Below are positions 1 to 9,573 of a stretch of 64,000 bases of DNA, in pieces. The stretch is taken from NCBI GenBank assembly GCA_963674745.2, contig CAXXDV010000001.1, positions 1,120,001 through 1,184,000 of the forward strand, written 5' to 3'. A model generated the notes under the pieces. It was given only the letters and a program-made list of their open reading frames with translations. It did not search any database and was not told the DNA's origin. Numbering within the stretch: the first letter of the stretch is position 1; every line of letters begins with the position of its first letter. This DNA is from Desulfosudaceae bacterium (lineage in GTDB: Bacteria; Desulfobacterota; Desulfobacteria; Desulfobacterales; Desulfosudaceae). Made by a program: the position numbers and the translations under genes.

Positions 1-2
1 CG

Positions 3-182
3 GCCGTTCTGGAAATCGACCCTTCGTCAGCCATCGATTATGCCAATATAGCCGTAAACTACCGGCAACTGGGCGACAATGCCAAAGCGATCTGTTTCTA
101 TCAGCAGGCGCTGACCATTGACCCGACAATTGAATTCGCCCGTCAGCACCTTGAAGCGATGTTGAACAAAGCCCCGTCATAG
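3..182 (+). CDS. 3' end of a TPR-repeat protein (partial; C-terminus resembles deltaproteobacterial YcaO-TPR proteins)
   Basis: Frame starting at 3 reads AVLEIDPSSAIDYANIAVNYRQLGDNAKAICFYQQALTIDPTIEFARQHLEAMLNKAPS*, a TPR pattern; stop TAG 180-182. Confidence 0.75.
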   Translation, partial: AVLEIDPSSAIDYANIAVNYRQLGDNAKAICFYQQALTIDPTIEFARQHLEAMLNKAPS

Positions 183-186
183 ACGA

Positions 187-255
187 AAGGGCGACCCGCC
201 GGTCGCCCCTACAAACGGGTGCCACGGGCGTAGGGGCGACCGGCGGGTCGCCCTT
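187..255. repeat. REP doublet (REPIN-like), GTAG-type
   Basis: 187-212 AAGGGCGACCCGCCGGTCGCCCCTAC and 230-255 GTAGGGGCGACCGGCGGGTCGCCCTT are perfect 26-bp reverse complements; each is itself palindromic and carries a terminal GTAG; lies between convergent genes. Confidence 0.85.
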
Positions 256-276
256 GCACACGGGAGGCTGAACAGT

Positions 277-714
277 TCAGGCGTTTCCCCCGGTCGAACG
301 GGCCTCAACCAGGTTGTCCAGTATCAGCCCGTAAAAGGAAGCGGTGGTTGAAGAAAACCGCCATCCCAGATGGCACTGACAGGCCGCGCAAGCCACAACC
401 CGCCACATAAAGCCTGAAAACCAGGAAAACTCAGACGAGGGCTCTCCGACGACAGCACAACCCGGGGCCGCCCGGAAACAGCCGATGGTATAGATCATAC
501 CGCTGGGATTGGCAAACGTGTGCTGGTGGAAACCATTAACGACCATGGCGGTCTGCCGGGGGGTTATCATATTCAGACAATTTGCGCACAGGAGAAACTC
601 ACCCTCATCTGCCGCATCGGCGGTTTCAGGAAACGCGTTACCCTGTGGCTTCCCGCCCGGGGATTTATCAAACGGCTCTTTCAGGCTGAAACTGGTCGAA
701 CGGCTGATAATCAT
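277..714 (-). CDS. Cereblon-family (CULT / thalidomide-binding domain) protein
   Basis: CxxC...HTFANPSG...FSWFSGFMWRVVACAACQCHLGWRF: zinc site plus tri-Trp cage motifs. Confidence 0.9.
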   Translation of the reverse strand: MIISRSTSFSLKEPFDKSPGGKPQGNAFPETADAADEGEFLLCANCLNMITPRQTAMVVNGFHQHTFANPSGMIYTIGCFRAAPGCAVVGEPSSEFSWFSGFMWRVVACAACQCHLGWRFSSTTASFYGLILDNLVEARSTGGNA

Positions 715-795
715 TTATCCTTCCCGATTCTTATCACATCCGTTTCGGGGATAAACATTTTTAATTTAATCCGGATATTTCATGAAATCTTCGGA

Positions 796-2544
796 TTAGT
801 CCAGAGGCAGCTTAATCTCAAATCGCGTGCCCTCACCCGGCGTACTGAAACATTCGATACGCCCCCGGTGCGCCTCCACATTCGTTTTTACGATGGCCAT
901 GCCCAGTCCTGTCCCGCCGGCCCCCTTGGTGGTAAAAAACGGCTCAAAAACGCGTCCCCGGACGGCCTCGTCCATACCCGGCCCGGAATCAGAAATCGTC
1001 AGGACAAGTTTGTGCGCTTCAATTCGACCGCTTAAGGCAATCACGCCCGGATTGTTCATGGCCTCCAGGCTGTTTTTGATCAGGTTGTGCAGCACCTGCC
1101 CCATCATTGACGCGTCAATATTCACTGACGGCAGATTTTCCGGCCAGTTTAATTCAAAACGGATGTCCTGCGCCTCGGCCGCAGGCCGGAATACATCAAT
1201 CGTTTCCTGGATGATGGGCCCCAGCCGCCTTTTTCGGGCCTGCAGGTCCGGCCTTTTGGCAAATTGCAGGAAGCGCTGAATAAAGGCTTTAACCCGGGCG
1301 GATTCTTTGCTCAGAACCTGCAATATCTTTTCACCTCGGGGGCTTAACGATTCATTTGTCAGACCGGCCAGGGCCATATCAGTGTTGTTCAAAAAATTGC
1401 CCACTTCATGGGTAACTTTGCTGGAAGCGGTTCCCAGGTCGGCCAGGTTCTGAGCGTGGGTCAACTGCCGGGCGGTTTCGATCTCCCGATCGATGTAGGC
1501 TGTCAACGAATCCGTCATATCATTAAACGCCCGTCCCAGGTCGCCGATCTCATCTTCCGTGGCAATGGACACTTTCTGGTTCAAAGCGCCCATGCCCAGG
1601 GCCCGCACCTGGTCATGGAGCCGACGCACGGGCAGCAACAGGCGCCTGATCCAGAACCAGCCGGATACAATGGCAATGATACAAAACCCGACCGTCAATA
1701 CGGAAGCCCAGAAAACGTTACGATAAAGATAGGTGTAAATTTCTTTTCGGGGCTGGCTGAGCACGACAATCCAGTCCAAACCGGGAACATATACACCGAG
1801 ATTGTAAAGGTTCTGACCATCGCTTGTTTCAGCCCACTCAACCGGTTCGGATGATGTTTTGAGCGTATCGACGATCCCGGGATCTTCCGGCGGCATCGTT
1901 CTTACCACCCGGTCGATCTGCCGGTGACCGATGGTCCGGCCGGACAGGTCCATGATATACACCTGCCCGCTCTTTCCCACACGGATCCCGGCCAGGACGT
2001 CCCAGACCGATTTGAGGTTCAGTTCCGCCCACAGAACTTCACTTACAACGCCCTGCCGCCTTACCGGTGTGCCGACATGGACCACTGGAAAATTATGTCC
2101 GGCCACCATTACGCCGGAAACGGCACATTTGCCGGCCTTTGCCTGCTCAAACACCGCCGCATCCGGAACAAAAGAAGGCACCGACGCCAAAGCGGTGGTT
2201 ATCATCATTTTTTTTCCGGTGGAATACAGGGTTAAAGAATCAAACTCCGGATTGTTGTGCAGAAAGGCCGTCAGGGCCATCTTTTGATCCCAACCTTTAA
2301 GCCCGCTAGCACTCATCAACAGGGCCAGACTCTCAAGATTGTTGCGGGCGTTTTCCATAAACATCCGGATTTCACCGGCCGAACTTTGAATAATGTTGCG
2401 ATAATCCTGATCGATGGTTTTCTGGAAAAAATTATAACTGGTAATGGAAAGCACTGCGCCGGTAATGGCAATGGTCAAAACAATAAACGGCAGGAAGAAA
2501 ACCCAAAACTTGTATATCAGCTTTTTTTTAAAGCGGTTTTTCAT
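796..2544 (-). CDS. Membrane sensor histidine kinase (Cache-like periplasmic domain, HAMP, HisKA, HATPase)
   Basis: Two TM segments, DEIGDLGRAFNDM HAMP, H-box HEVGN, N-box NLIKNSLEA, DSGPGM, FFTTK, GTGLG. Confidence 0.92.
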   Translation of the reverse strand: MKNRFKKKLIYKFWVFFLPFIVLTIAITGAVLSITSYNFFQKTIDQDYRNIIQSSAGEIRMFMENARNNLESLALLMSASGLKGWDQKMALTAFLHNNPEFDSLTLYSTGKKMMITTALASVPSFVPDAAVFEQAKAGKCAVSGVMVAGHNFPVVHVGTPVRRQGVVSEVLWAELNLKSVWDVLAGIRVGKSGQVYIMDLSGRTIGHRQIDRVVRTMPPEDPGIVDTLKTSSEPVEWAETSDGQNLYNLGVYVPGLDWIVVLSQPRKEIYTYLYRNVFWASVLTVGFCIIAIVSGWFWIRRLLLPVRRLHDQVRALGMGALNQKVSIATEDEIGDLGRAFNDMTDSLTAYIDREIETARQLTHAQNLADLGTASSKVTHEVGNFLNNTDMALAGLTNESLSPRGEKILQVLSKESARVKAFIQRFLQFAKRPDLQARKRRLGPIIQETIDVFRPAAEAQDIRFELNWPENLPSVNIDASMMGQVLHNLIKNSLEAMNNPGVIALSGRIEAHKLVLTISDSGPGMDEAVRGRVFEPFFTTKGAGGTGLGMAIVKTNVEAHRGRIECFSTPGEGTRFEIKLPLD

Positions 2545-2598
2545 GATAGGGCTGATTATAAAGATCTGAAAATGGGGTGTAAAGTAAATATAAAACGA

Positions 2599-4158
2599 TC
2601 AGCTTGAAGAAAGACCGGCCTGCCAGAGCCAGTAGGTCCCTTCGGTTGTAAGGTAAAATGGTGCTCTGAGGATAAAACGACAAGACATGACATCAAAAGC
2701 GGTTTTTTGAAACAGAAAAGAACCGGGTTGAAGATCGGCTATCAGGGCATCCGCTTGGACCAGGCATTGCCGTTGCGCTTTATTATCAAAAGACGCGAGC
2801 GCCTTACGAAGCAGGCGGGTCAGTTCGGGATGCGTAAAATTGCCGACCTGGTTTTTACCCTGCTGATCCGGCAGCCAGCCGTCTATTATAAATTCGGGTT
2901 GCCGGTAAGCACCTGAGAACTCTGTCAATACGGCCTGAAAGGCATTATTTTTCAAGTATGTTTTGATCACTTCTTTAAAGGGGCGGACGCACATGTCCAT
3001 CTGAATGCCGATATCATTGAAGCAAAGTTGTATGAACCGGGCCACGGCTTTTTCGACCTGGGTTTCATCCCCCATCAGCAACGTAAAGGCAAAAGGTTGT
3101 CCGTTCTTTTTCAGCAACCGCTCCTTTATGTCGATTTTCCAGCCAAGATCGCTCAGCGCCTTTAGGGCCGCCTGGGGGTCGTAGTCCTGGGGTTTTACAT
3201 CCGGATTGTGATATGGTGAACCAATGCCCATGGGACCGGTTGCCACCCGGCCGCAGCCGTTTAAAATGTTATCAACGATATAACGGCGGTTTATGGCTTT
3301 GGACAGGGCGCGACGGACCCTCGCATCGGCAAACAGAGGGTCATGGGTATTGTACAATAAAATAGAATAATAGCCGAGTGTGTAGTGATTAAAATAAAAC
3401 CGGTCCTGGTAGCGGCGGATTATTTCATAATTCTGTGGTGAAATTTCCTGGGCAACATCCGTGTCACCGGATAACAGCCGGACCCAGGTCGCTTCCCGGT
3501 TCGGCTGATAATAAAAAACCACGCCGTCCAGTGACGGTCGTCCCTTGTAGTAGTGCTCATTGGCTGCCAGCACGACTTTTCGTTCTCCCTCCCGGGAGGA
3601 GAAAACAAACGGCCCTGAGCCCACGGGACGATCATTGCTTCCGGCACCTGTGCGCCGGCTGGAAAGAATTTCGGAATCCCACAGCTTTTGAAGAAAGCGC
3701 GGGTCATGCCGGTTCAGGCTCAAGGCTACCGTTTGCTCTGATTTGACGGTGATTTCTGTGATAAACTGAAAAATAGAACGCTTTTGCTTCAAGCCTTTTG
3801 TTTGTAAAGCGTAACGCACATCCTCAGCTGTTACCGGCCGCCCATCATGAAAAAAAGCATCGTCCCGAAGGTTGATGGTCCAGGTCCGGGAGGCGTCGTC
3901 GTATGTCCAGGACTCGGCCAGGTCCGGCTGCAATCGACCGTCCGCGTCCGGCACAAACAGGTAGCTGTAGATCAGCGGATATATCATTTTTGAGCCGGTC
4001 TCGCTTTCCTTCAAAGGGTCAAGCGTGGTAAACGGCGCGGCCACATCAAAACGAAGCACATTGTCTCCGGCACCGGCCACCGGCGCGGCTTTCGTGCAGC
4101 CGCCGACGGTCAGCGCCAAAATCATGAATCCGATGGTCAGCCGTATTGAAACGTTCAT
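2599..4158 (-). CDS. Family 5 (peptide/nickel-type) ABC substrate-binding lipoprotein
   Basis: Lipobox-like VGGC; PDLAESW, LRDDAFFHDG, PVGSGPF, DARVRRALSKAINR motifs. Confidence 0.88.
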   Translation of the reverse strand: MNVSIRLTIGFMILALTVGGCTKAAPVAGAGDNVLRFDVAAPFTTLDPLKESETGSKMIYPLIYSYLFVPDADGRLQPDLAESWTYDDASRTWTINLRDDAFFHDGRPVTAEDVRYALQTKGLKQKRSIFQFITEITVKSEQTVALSLNRHDPRFLQKLWDSEILSSRRTGAGSNDRPVGSGPFVFSSREGERKVVLAANEHYYKGRPSLDGVVFYYQPNREATWVRLLSGDTDVAQEISPQNYEIIRRYQDRFYFNHYTLGYYSILLYNTHDPLFADARVRRALSKAINRRYIVDNILNGCGRVATGPMGIGSPYHNPDVKPQDYDPQAALKALSDLGWKIDIKERLLKKNGQPFAFTLLMGDETQVEKAVARFIQLCFNDIGIQMDMCVRPFKEVIKTYLKNNAFQAVLTEFSGAYRQPEFIIDGWLPDQQGKNQVGNFTHPELTRLLRKALASFDNKAQRQCLVQADALIADLQPGSFLFQKTAFDVMSCRFILRAPFYLTTEGTYWLWQAGLSSS

Positions 4159-4239
4159 TGTCTTTTACGAAAAAATTTTTTCTCTGCTGTGGTCCGTTTA
4201 ACCAGACGCTTCGTAATGGTCAAAAACAAGAGGGGGGCA

Positions 4240-5586
4240 TCAGGCTTCTTCTATCCCGTATTTCTTTACCTTTTCGATCAAGGTTTTCCGGCTGATGCCA
4301 AGATGTTCGGCAGCCCGGGTTTTGTTAAACCCTTCTTTCTGAAGCGCCAGGCCGATTAAATATTTCTCCATCTCCTTCAGATTCAAGTGGGAAATATTAT
4401 CAAAGGCCGCATCGGCAAAAGGCAGATGACCGGTCGTAATCATGGATTCTTTGCAGGTTATCACGGCCCGCTCCATGACATTGACCAGTTCCCGGACATT
4501 TCCCGGCCAGTCGTAGACCCCAAGAGCCGCCAGGGCCGCGCCTGAAATCCCCTCAATCTGCCGGTTGTAGGCTCTGCAGAATCGATCAAGATAATGTTTT
4601 GCCAGCAGTGGAACATCGCTTTTCCGTTCCCGGAGGGGGGGGACCTCAATCGTATAGCTGTTCAAACGGTACAACAGATCCTTTCGGAATCCGCCTGCTT
4701 CGACCAGGGCTTCCAGCCCGATATTGGTGGCGACCAGCACCCGGAAATCCGACTTTATGGTTTTAACACCTCCCACCCGTGTAAATTCGTGTGTCTCCAG
4801 CACGCGCAGCAGCTTGGCCTGAAAATCGGGAGGCGCATTACTGACCTCATCTAAAAAAAGCGTTCCGCGGTCCGCGATTTCAAACAAGCCTTTTTTCTGA
4901 CTGTCCGCTCCGGTAAAGGCGCCTTTCTCATGGCCGAAAAGCTCGCTCTCGAGAAGACCGGGAGCAAACGCATTACAGTTGATCGAAAAAAAACCGTTTT
5001 CCCGGCGATCGCTCAACTGGTGGATGGCCCGGGCCACCAGTTCTTTTCCGGTGCCTGTTTCACCGTAAATCAGAACGGTTACCGGCAAAGCAGCGACATC
5101 ATTCATGGCCTGAAAGACCTTCTGCATACCCGGCGTCTGGCCGATCATGGTGGAAAAGGCAAAAGGCCGCAGTGATTTTTCCCGGCGCAGGACTTCAAGC
5201 TCTTTGAGGCGCTGCCGTTTTTCCAGGGCTTCCCGAACGGTTAACCAGAAAAGCTCCAGCTTGTCGTCAATCGGCTTTTCAAAATAATGATAAGCGCCGT
5301 GATGAATGGCGTTAACGGCCTGTTCCAGAGTACCGTATGCGGTTATCAGGATAAAAGGAACATCCGGGTTGATGTCCTGAACCGCCAAGAGCATCTCTTC
5401 TCCGTTCATTTCCGGCATCTGAACATCCGCAATGACAAGGTCCACAGAATTTTTTGCCAGAAAATCAAGCGCTGCGGCAGCCGATGTGAAAGAAGCGATA
5501 TCAAAAGCCTCTGTCTCCGGCAGGCAGAGAAACAGTTCGATAAAACTTTCGTTGTCATCAACCAGAAGTATTCTGGGCTTTTCCAT
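4240..5586 (-). CDS. Sigma-54-dependent response regulator (NtrC family)
   Basis: REC domain (DVQMP), GETGTGKE, ESELFGHEKGAFTGA, WPGNVREL, C-terminal Fis HTH. Confidence 0.95.
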   Translation of the reverse strand: MEKPRILLVDDNESFIELFLCLPETEAFDIASFTSAAAALDFLAKNSVDLVIADVQMPEMNGEEMLLAVQDINPDVPFILITAYGTLEQAVNAIHHGAYHYFEKPIDDKLELFWLTVREALEKRQRLKELEVLRREKSLRPFAFSTMIGQTPGMQKVFQAMNDVAALPVTVLIYGETGTGKELVARAIHQLSDRRENGFFSINCNAFAPGLLESELFGHEKGAFTGADSQKKGLFEIADRGTLFLDEVSNAPPDFQAKLLRVLETHEFTRVGGVKTIKSDFRVLVATNIGLEALVEAGGFRKDLLYRLNSYTIEVPPLRERKSDVPLLAKHYLDRFCRAYNRQIEGISGAALAALGVYDWPGNVRELVNVMERAVITCKESMITTGHLPFADAAFDNISHLNLKEMEKYLIGLALQKEGFNKTRAAEHLGISRKTLIEKVKKYGIEEA

Positions 5587-5702
5587 AATTTACCCCATCA
5601 ATACGAAAACGGACCAAGAACCGTTACGCGTTCATTATCGGGTTATTTAAAACGGCGCTCGCCTGACCGTGTAGCTTTGTAACACCTTAAACCCAGCGGA
5701 AT

Positions 5703-5719
5703 TGTAACAAAATGTTACA
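5703..5719. promoter_or_regulatory. Palindromic enhancer / regulator-binding site
   Basis: TGTAACA-AAA-TGTTACA perfect 7-bp inverted repeat; additional half site TGTAACA at 5678-5684. Confidence 0.55.
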
Positions 5720-5796
5720 CTTTTTTCCAGAACAAACCGCCTTCAAAAAAACACGCAACAATTCAAATGGTTATGACAATAAAAAGCGGGCTGAAG

Positions 5797-5812
5797 CGGC
5801 ATGAAAATTGCT
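5797..5812 (+). promoter_or_regulatory. Putative sigma-54 (-24/-12) promoter
   Basis: CGGCATGAAAATTGCT = GG-N10-GC, about 80 bp downstream of the palindrome and upstream of the 5912 gene. Confidence 0.55.
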
Positions 5813-5911
5813 CAACCATTCTTGCAATAAAGCGTCTCAGAAACAGGCCTGTTTGGCATGGCTCATAACCGTTTTTTTATGGGAACCGAACTTATAAGGA
5901 GAGGCAAGTAT

Positions 5912-6562
5912 ATGGCCGCCCACAGCGAACCCCCGAGCACCATCCTGGTTATTGACGACAACAACTGTAACTGCGAGCTTTGCCGAATTTGCCTGGAAAC
6001 AAACGGGTTCAGGGTGCATATCGCCAGCACCGGAAAGCAGGGGCTGGGTCTCATACGAAAACTCATGCCGGACACCATCTTGCTCGATATCATGATGCCG
6101 GTCATGGACGGCTTTCAGGTCCTGGAAAGGCTCAAGGCCGACCCGGCGATTTGTGAAATTCCCGTTCTGGTTCACTCGGCCTGCAGAGAAACAGCCACCG
6201 TCGTCAGGGCGCTGAAAATGGGCGCCAATGATTTTTTAAAAAAACCGTTTGAGGTGGCGGAGCTGGCTATCCGGGTAGAAAAGCTGGTAGCCCTCAAGAA
6301 AACCCGGGACGCGCTGGTCAACGCTTCAGTCGAACTGTTAGAGCGCCACCTTGCTATTGATCAGGCTTTGGAGAAGTGGCGCCTTGAAGCAGAGGCCTTT
6401 CGACAGCATTGTGAAAAAAGTGCCATTAATATTCTGGCTGAATCAAATGCAACCTTCAAGCTGGAACAGGCCATATCCAGTTCCGAACAGGCCCGGCAGT
6501 TGATTAACGAGATTGCGGATTTAAGCCGCCAAAGGCTTCCTGAATATGATTTCTTAAACTAA
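5912..6562 (+). CDS. Response regulator (REC plus coiled-coil tail)
   Basis: ILVIDD, LLDIMMPVMDG, GANDFLKKP; RBS AAGGAGAGG before ATG 5912. Confidence 0.85.
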   Translation: MAAHSEPPSTILVIDDNNCNCELCRICLETNGFRVHIASTGKQGLGLIRKLMPDTILLDIMMPVMDGFQVLERLKADPAICEIPVLVHSACRETATVVRALKMGANDFLKKPFEVAELAIRVEKLVALKKTRDALVNASVELLERHLAIDQALEKWRLEAEAFRQHCEKSAINILAESNATFKLEQAISSSEQARQLINEIADLSRQRLPEYDFLN

Positions 6563-6592
6563 AAACGCCGACCGGTTTTCTAAAGGGAACGT

Positions 6593-7408
6593 TCAATCTT
6601 CCGGGCGCACGATGGTGCGGCCGGCCCGCGCCAGGGCTTTTTTCTGGAAATCCGCCTGAAAACCGGGGGAATAGTTCATATAAGCCGGCACCGGGTAACG
6701 CAAACCGGCGTCGTGGGTTTGTTTCAGGTTGTCGATCATTGTTTCCAGTTTTTCCGCCGGGCAGGAAAACAGCACCTCCGCGTCCTGTGCGCCGCCCCAG
6801 ACCCGATCGCCGTTTCCCAGCAGAACCAGCTGGGGCTCACCGGTCACCAGGGGCTTGATTACCCCTTCGTGACAGGAACCGATACGGCCGGTTGACGAAA
6901 AGGTCATGGCCCCGCCCCGGGAAAACAGGTAGCTTTGCACAAACCGCATGGCCTGGGCCGGCAGACAGTAAACCAGTACCACATCCGGCACAACCCGCGT
7001 GCGGCTTAAAGGAGAAATAACCAGGCCGAGAAAGTCTTCCTCCAGCCGAAAGAGGTGGTCTTCCAGTTTTTGAGAAACCGCCATGTCTTTGGCGTAAAGG
7101 CCAAGATTAAACTGGTGGGCCGCCTGGATGGCGTCTTCGGTCAACGGATCCCATTTGTAGATGTTACGGGCCAGGTAGCAGTTGATGTCCTGCTCAGTAA
7201 CGGCCATGGTCCAGCCATAGGCGCGGGCGACTTTAAAGTTCTGACAGACAAAATTCTGCCCCCCGAAAACCTGTGAAGGCCGCTTGAATTCAGGCAGAAT
7301 CTCGCTTTCATCCCGGATGATTCTTACGGCCAGCGGAAAAGTGGCCGGCCGGATATACGTTTCAATGGCCTCGCCTGCCTGGCGGTATGCTTCCAGAGAA
7401 TGCGCCAT
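6593..7408 (-). CDS. DUF169 family protein
   Basis: TFPLAV, VCQ..ARAYG, PDVVLVYCLPAQAMR, GNGDR motifs. Confidence 0.75.
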   Translation of the reverse strand: MAHSLEAYRQAGEAIETYIRPATFPLAVRIIRDESEILPEFKRPSQVFGGQNFVCQNFKVARAYGWTMAVTEQDINCYLARNIYKWDPLTEDAIQAAHQFNLGLYAKDMAVSQKLEDHLFRLEEDFLGLVISPLSRTRVVPDVVLVYCLPAQAMRFVQSYLFSRGGAMTFSSTGRIGSCHEGVIKPLVTGEPQLVLLGNGDRVWGGAQDAEVLFSCPAEKLETMIDNLKQTHDAGLRYPVPAYMNYSPGFQADFQKKALARAGRTIVRPED

Positions 7409-7491
7409 GAGTATAACTCCTTATTGGGTTATGCTGACATTTCTAAACGACTTACATCTTTTTAGGTGCCTCTCCTTTTCAACAGGCCCAC

Positions 7492-7518
7492 AGGGTTCAA
7501 GGGGTCGAGGGGGCAAGG
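7492..7518. repeat. Short degenerate octamer tandem repeat
   Basis: AGGGTTCA AGGGGTCG AGGGGGCA AGG; same units as 24380-24416. Confidence 0.55.
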
Positions 7519-7671
7519 CGCAATAACAACAAATTTTTGCCAGCGCCATGATTTGTATTTTGGACAATTGTATATCAAAACACAAGCTTTCAAAAAGGCG
7601 TTGCGCTTTTTTGCCCTGATGGGTTATCTTCCTCAAAGAATAAAAACGACTTTTACAGCATGGAGAAACGA

Positions 7672-9528
7672 ATGCATAAACTGCTGGCGGCTTTGGAAGG
7701 AAAAGAGATTCTGATGTTCGGCAACGAGGCCATTACCCGTGGCGCCCTGGAAGCCGGGGTGGGTTTCGCGTCCACTTACCCGGGAACGCCCTCGTCCGAG
7801 ATCTCCTTGAATTTCTTTCAGATTTCCAAACAGATCGATGACTTTTATTTTGAATACAGCACCAATGAAAAGGTCGCCATGGAAGTGGCGGCCGCGGCCG
7901 CCAACTGCGGCGTACGCAGCATGTGCGTCATGAAGCACGTGGGTTTAAATGTAGCGGCCGACACACTCATGACCCTGGCTTATGTGGGCGTTAAAGGCGG
8001 CATGGTGATCGTATCCGCGGATGACCCCTATATGTTTTCCAGCCAGAACGAACAGGATAACCGCTATTACGGCAAGCTGTCCGGTCTGCCGATACTGGAG
8101 CCGTCTTCCGTGGCCGAAGCCAGGGAGATGGCAAGCTATGCCTTTGACCTTTCAGAAGCCCTGAACGAACCGGTGATTCTGCGGACGACCACACGCATTA
8201 ATCACTCCACCGGACCGGTGGTGCCGGGCAAGCTTAAGCCGCGTCTTCCAAAAGGGCGTTTTGAAAAAGACCCGTTTAACTATGTCACGGTACCGGCGGT
8301 ATCGAGAAAACTACATGAAAAACTCCTGGTTCATATGGAAGAGGCCCGAAAACGCTCAAACCAGTCCGCTTACAACATGGTTTCCGGCTCAGGACGTTTT
8401 GGTATTATCTGTAACGGGGTCAGCTACAACTACGTGCGGGACGGCCTGGTTGAACTGGGGGCGGTTGACACGGTGGCCGTCCTCAGGATTGGTTTTTCAA
8501 ACCCCATGCCCGACGAAATCATCAAGGCTTTTCTGAAAGAAAAGGAAAAGGTGCTGATCGTCGAGGAGGGCGAACCGGTTATGGAGGAGGCGGTCAAGGC
8601 CATGGCTGCCGAAGCATGCCTTTGCATGGATATCGCCGGCAAGGGAGAAAACCTGTTTTCCCGTTTATCCGAATTTGATCCCCAGGTGGTCAAACAGTGC
8701 CTGGCCCGGTTTTTCGGTATTTCCTGTCCGCCGGCACAACCGGTTGACATGTCCGATGTACCGGAAATTCCCCAGCGGCCGCCCAACCTGTGTCCGGGTT
8801 GCTCTCACCGGGCCACCTTCTATGCCATAAAACAGGCGGTAAATCCGGATGAAACCATTTTTCCTACGGATATCGGGTGTTACACCCTGGGCTTTCTGCC
8901 GCCGGTATCCATGGGTGATTTTCTGATCTGCATGGGCTCATCCGTGGGGACGGCCTGCGGCTTTTCAAAAGTCTCCAACCAGAAAGTCGTCGCCCTGATC
9001 GGGGATTCCACGTTCTTTCATTCCGGTATTCCGGCCCTGGTCAATGGTGTTTTTAACAACCATAATTTTACCCTGGTTATCCTTGACAACGGCACCACCG
9101 CCATGACCGGGCACCAACCGCACCCCGGTGTGGACATGGATGAGCTGAACTTTCCCGGATATAACCGTGTTTCCATTGAAGCTGTCGTGCGGGGGGTGGG
9201 CGTCGGACATGTAACCGTGATCAAACCCTATAACCTGAAAAAAAGCATTGAAGCCATTAAGGCGGCCGTGGACTATCCCGGCGTATCAGTGGTTATCGCC
9301 CGGGAAGCCTGTGTGCTGAAAGCCAAAAGCTTGAAAAAGAAATCCAACCGGGTGTTTCACATCAGCGACAAGTGTAAAAACCATCGCACCTGCATCAATG
9401 AATTCGCCTGCCCGGCCTTTTATATTGATGAAGACAGCCGGGTTCGTATCAATCCGGTGTTGTGCGAAGGATGCGCGGTCTGTGCCCAGATCTGCCCGGA
9501 ACATGCTATTGTGCCGCTAAAGGAATAA
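7672..9528 (+). CDS. iorA: Indolepyruvate:ferredoxin oxidoreductase alpha subunit
   Basis: GNEAITRG, YPGTPSSE, MKHVGLNVAAD, CPGCSHR, DIGCY, GDSTFFHSG TPP motif, C-terminal 4Fe-4S CxxCxxCxxxCP; start at 7672 after GGAG (7660 alternative). Confidence 0.95.
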   Translation: MHKLLAALEGKEILMFGNEAITRGALEAGVGFASTYPGTPSSEISLNFFQISKQIDDFYFEYSTNEKVAMEVAAAAANCGVRSMCVMKHVGLNVAADTLMTLAYVGVKGGMVIVSADDPYMFSSQNEQDNRYYGKLSGLPILEPSSVAEAREMASYAFDLSEALNEPVILRTTTRINHSTGPVVPGKLKPRLPKGRFEKDPFNYVTVPAVSRKLHEKLLVHMEEARKRSNQSAYNMVSGSGRFGIICNGVSYNYVRDGLVELGAVDTVAVLRIGFSNPMPDEIIKAFLKEKEKVLIVEEGEPVMEEAVKAMAAEACLCMDIAGKGENLFSRLSEFDPQVVKQCLARFFGISCPPAQPVDMSDVPEIPQRPPNLCPGCSHRATFYAIKQAVNPDETIFPTDIGCYTLGFLPPVSMGDFLICMGSSVGTACGFSKVSNQKVVALIGDSTFFHSGIPALVNGVFNNHNFTLVILDNGTTAMTGHQPHPGVDMDELNFPGYNRVSIEAVVRGVGVGHVTVIKPYNLKKSIEAIKAAVDYPGVSVVIAREACVLKAKSLKKKSNRVFHISDKCKNHRTCINEFACPAFYIDEDSRVRINPVLCEGCAVCAQICPEHAIVPLKE

Positions 9529-9573
9529 AAGAATGCCCGGGCAACGAAAAGAAACCGAAAAGGAACAGGATAA

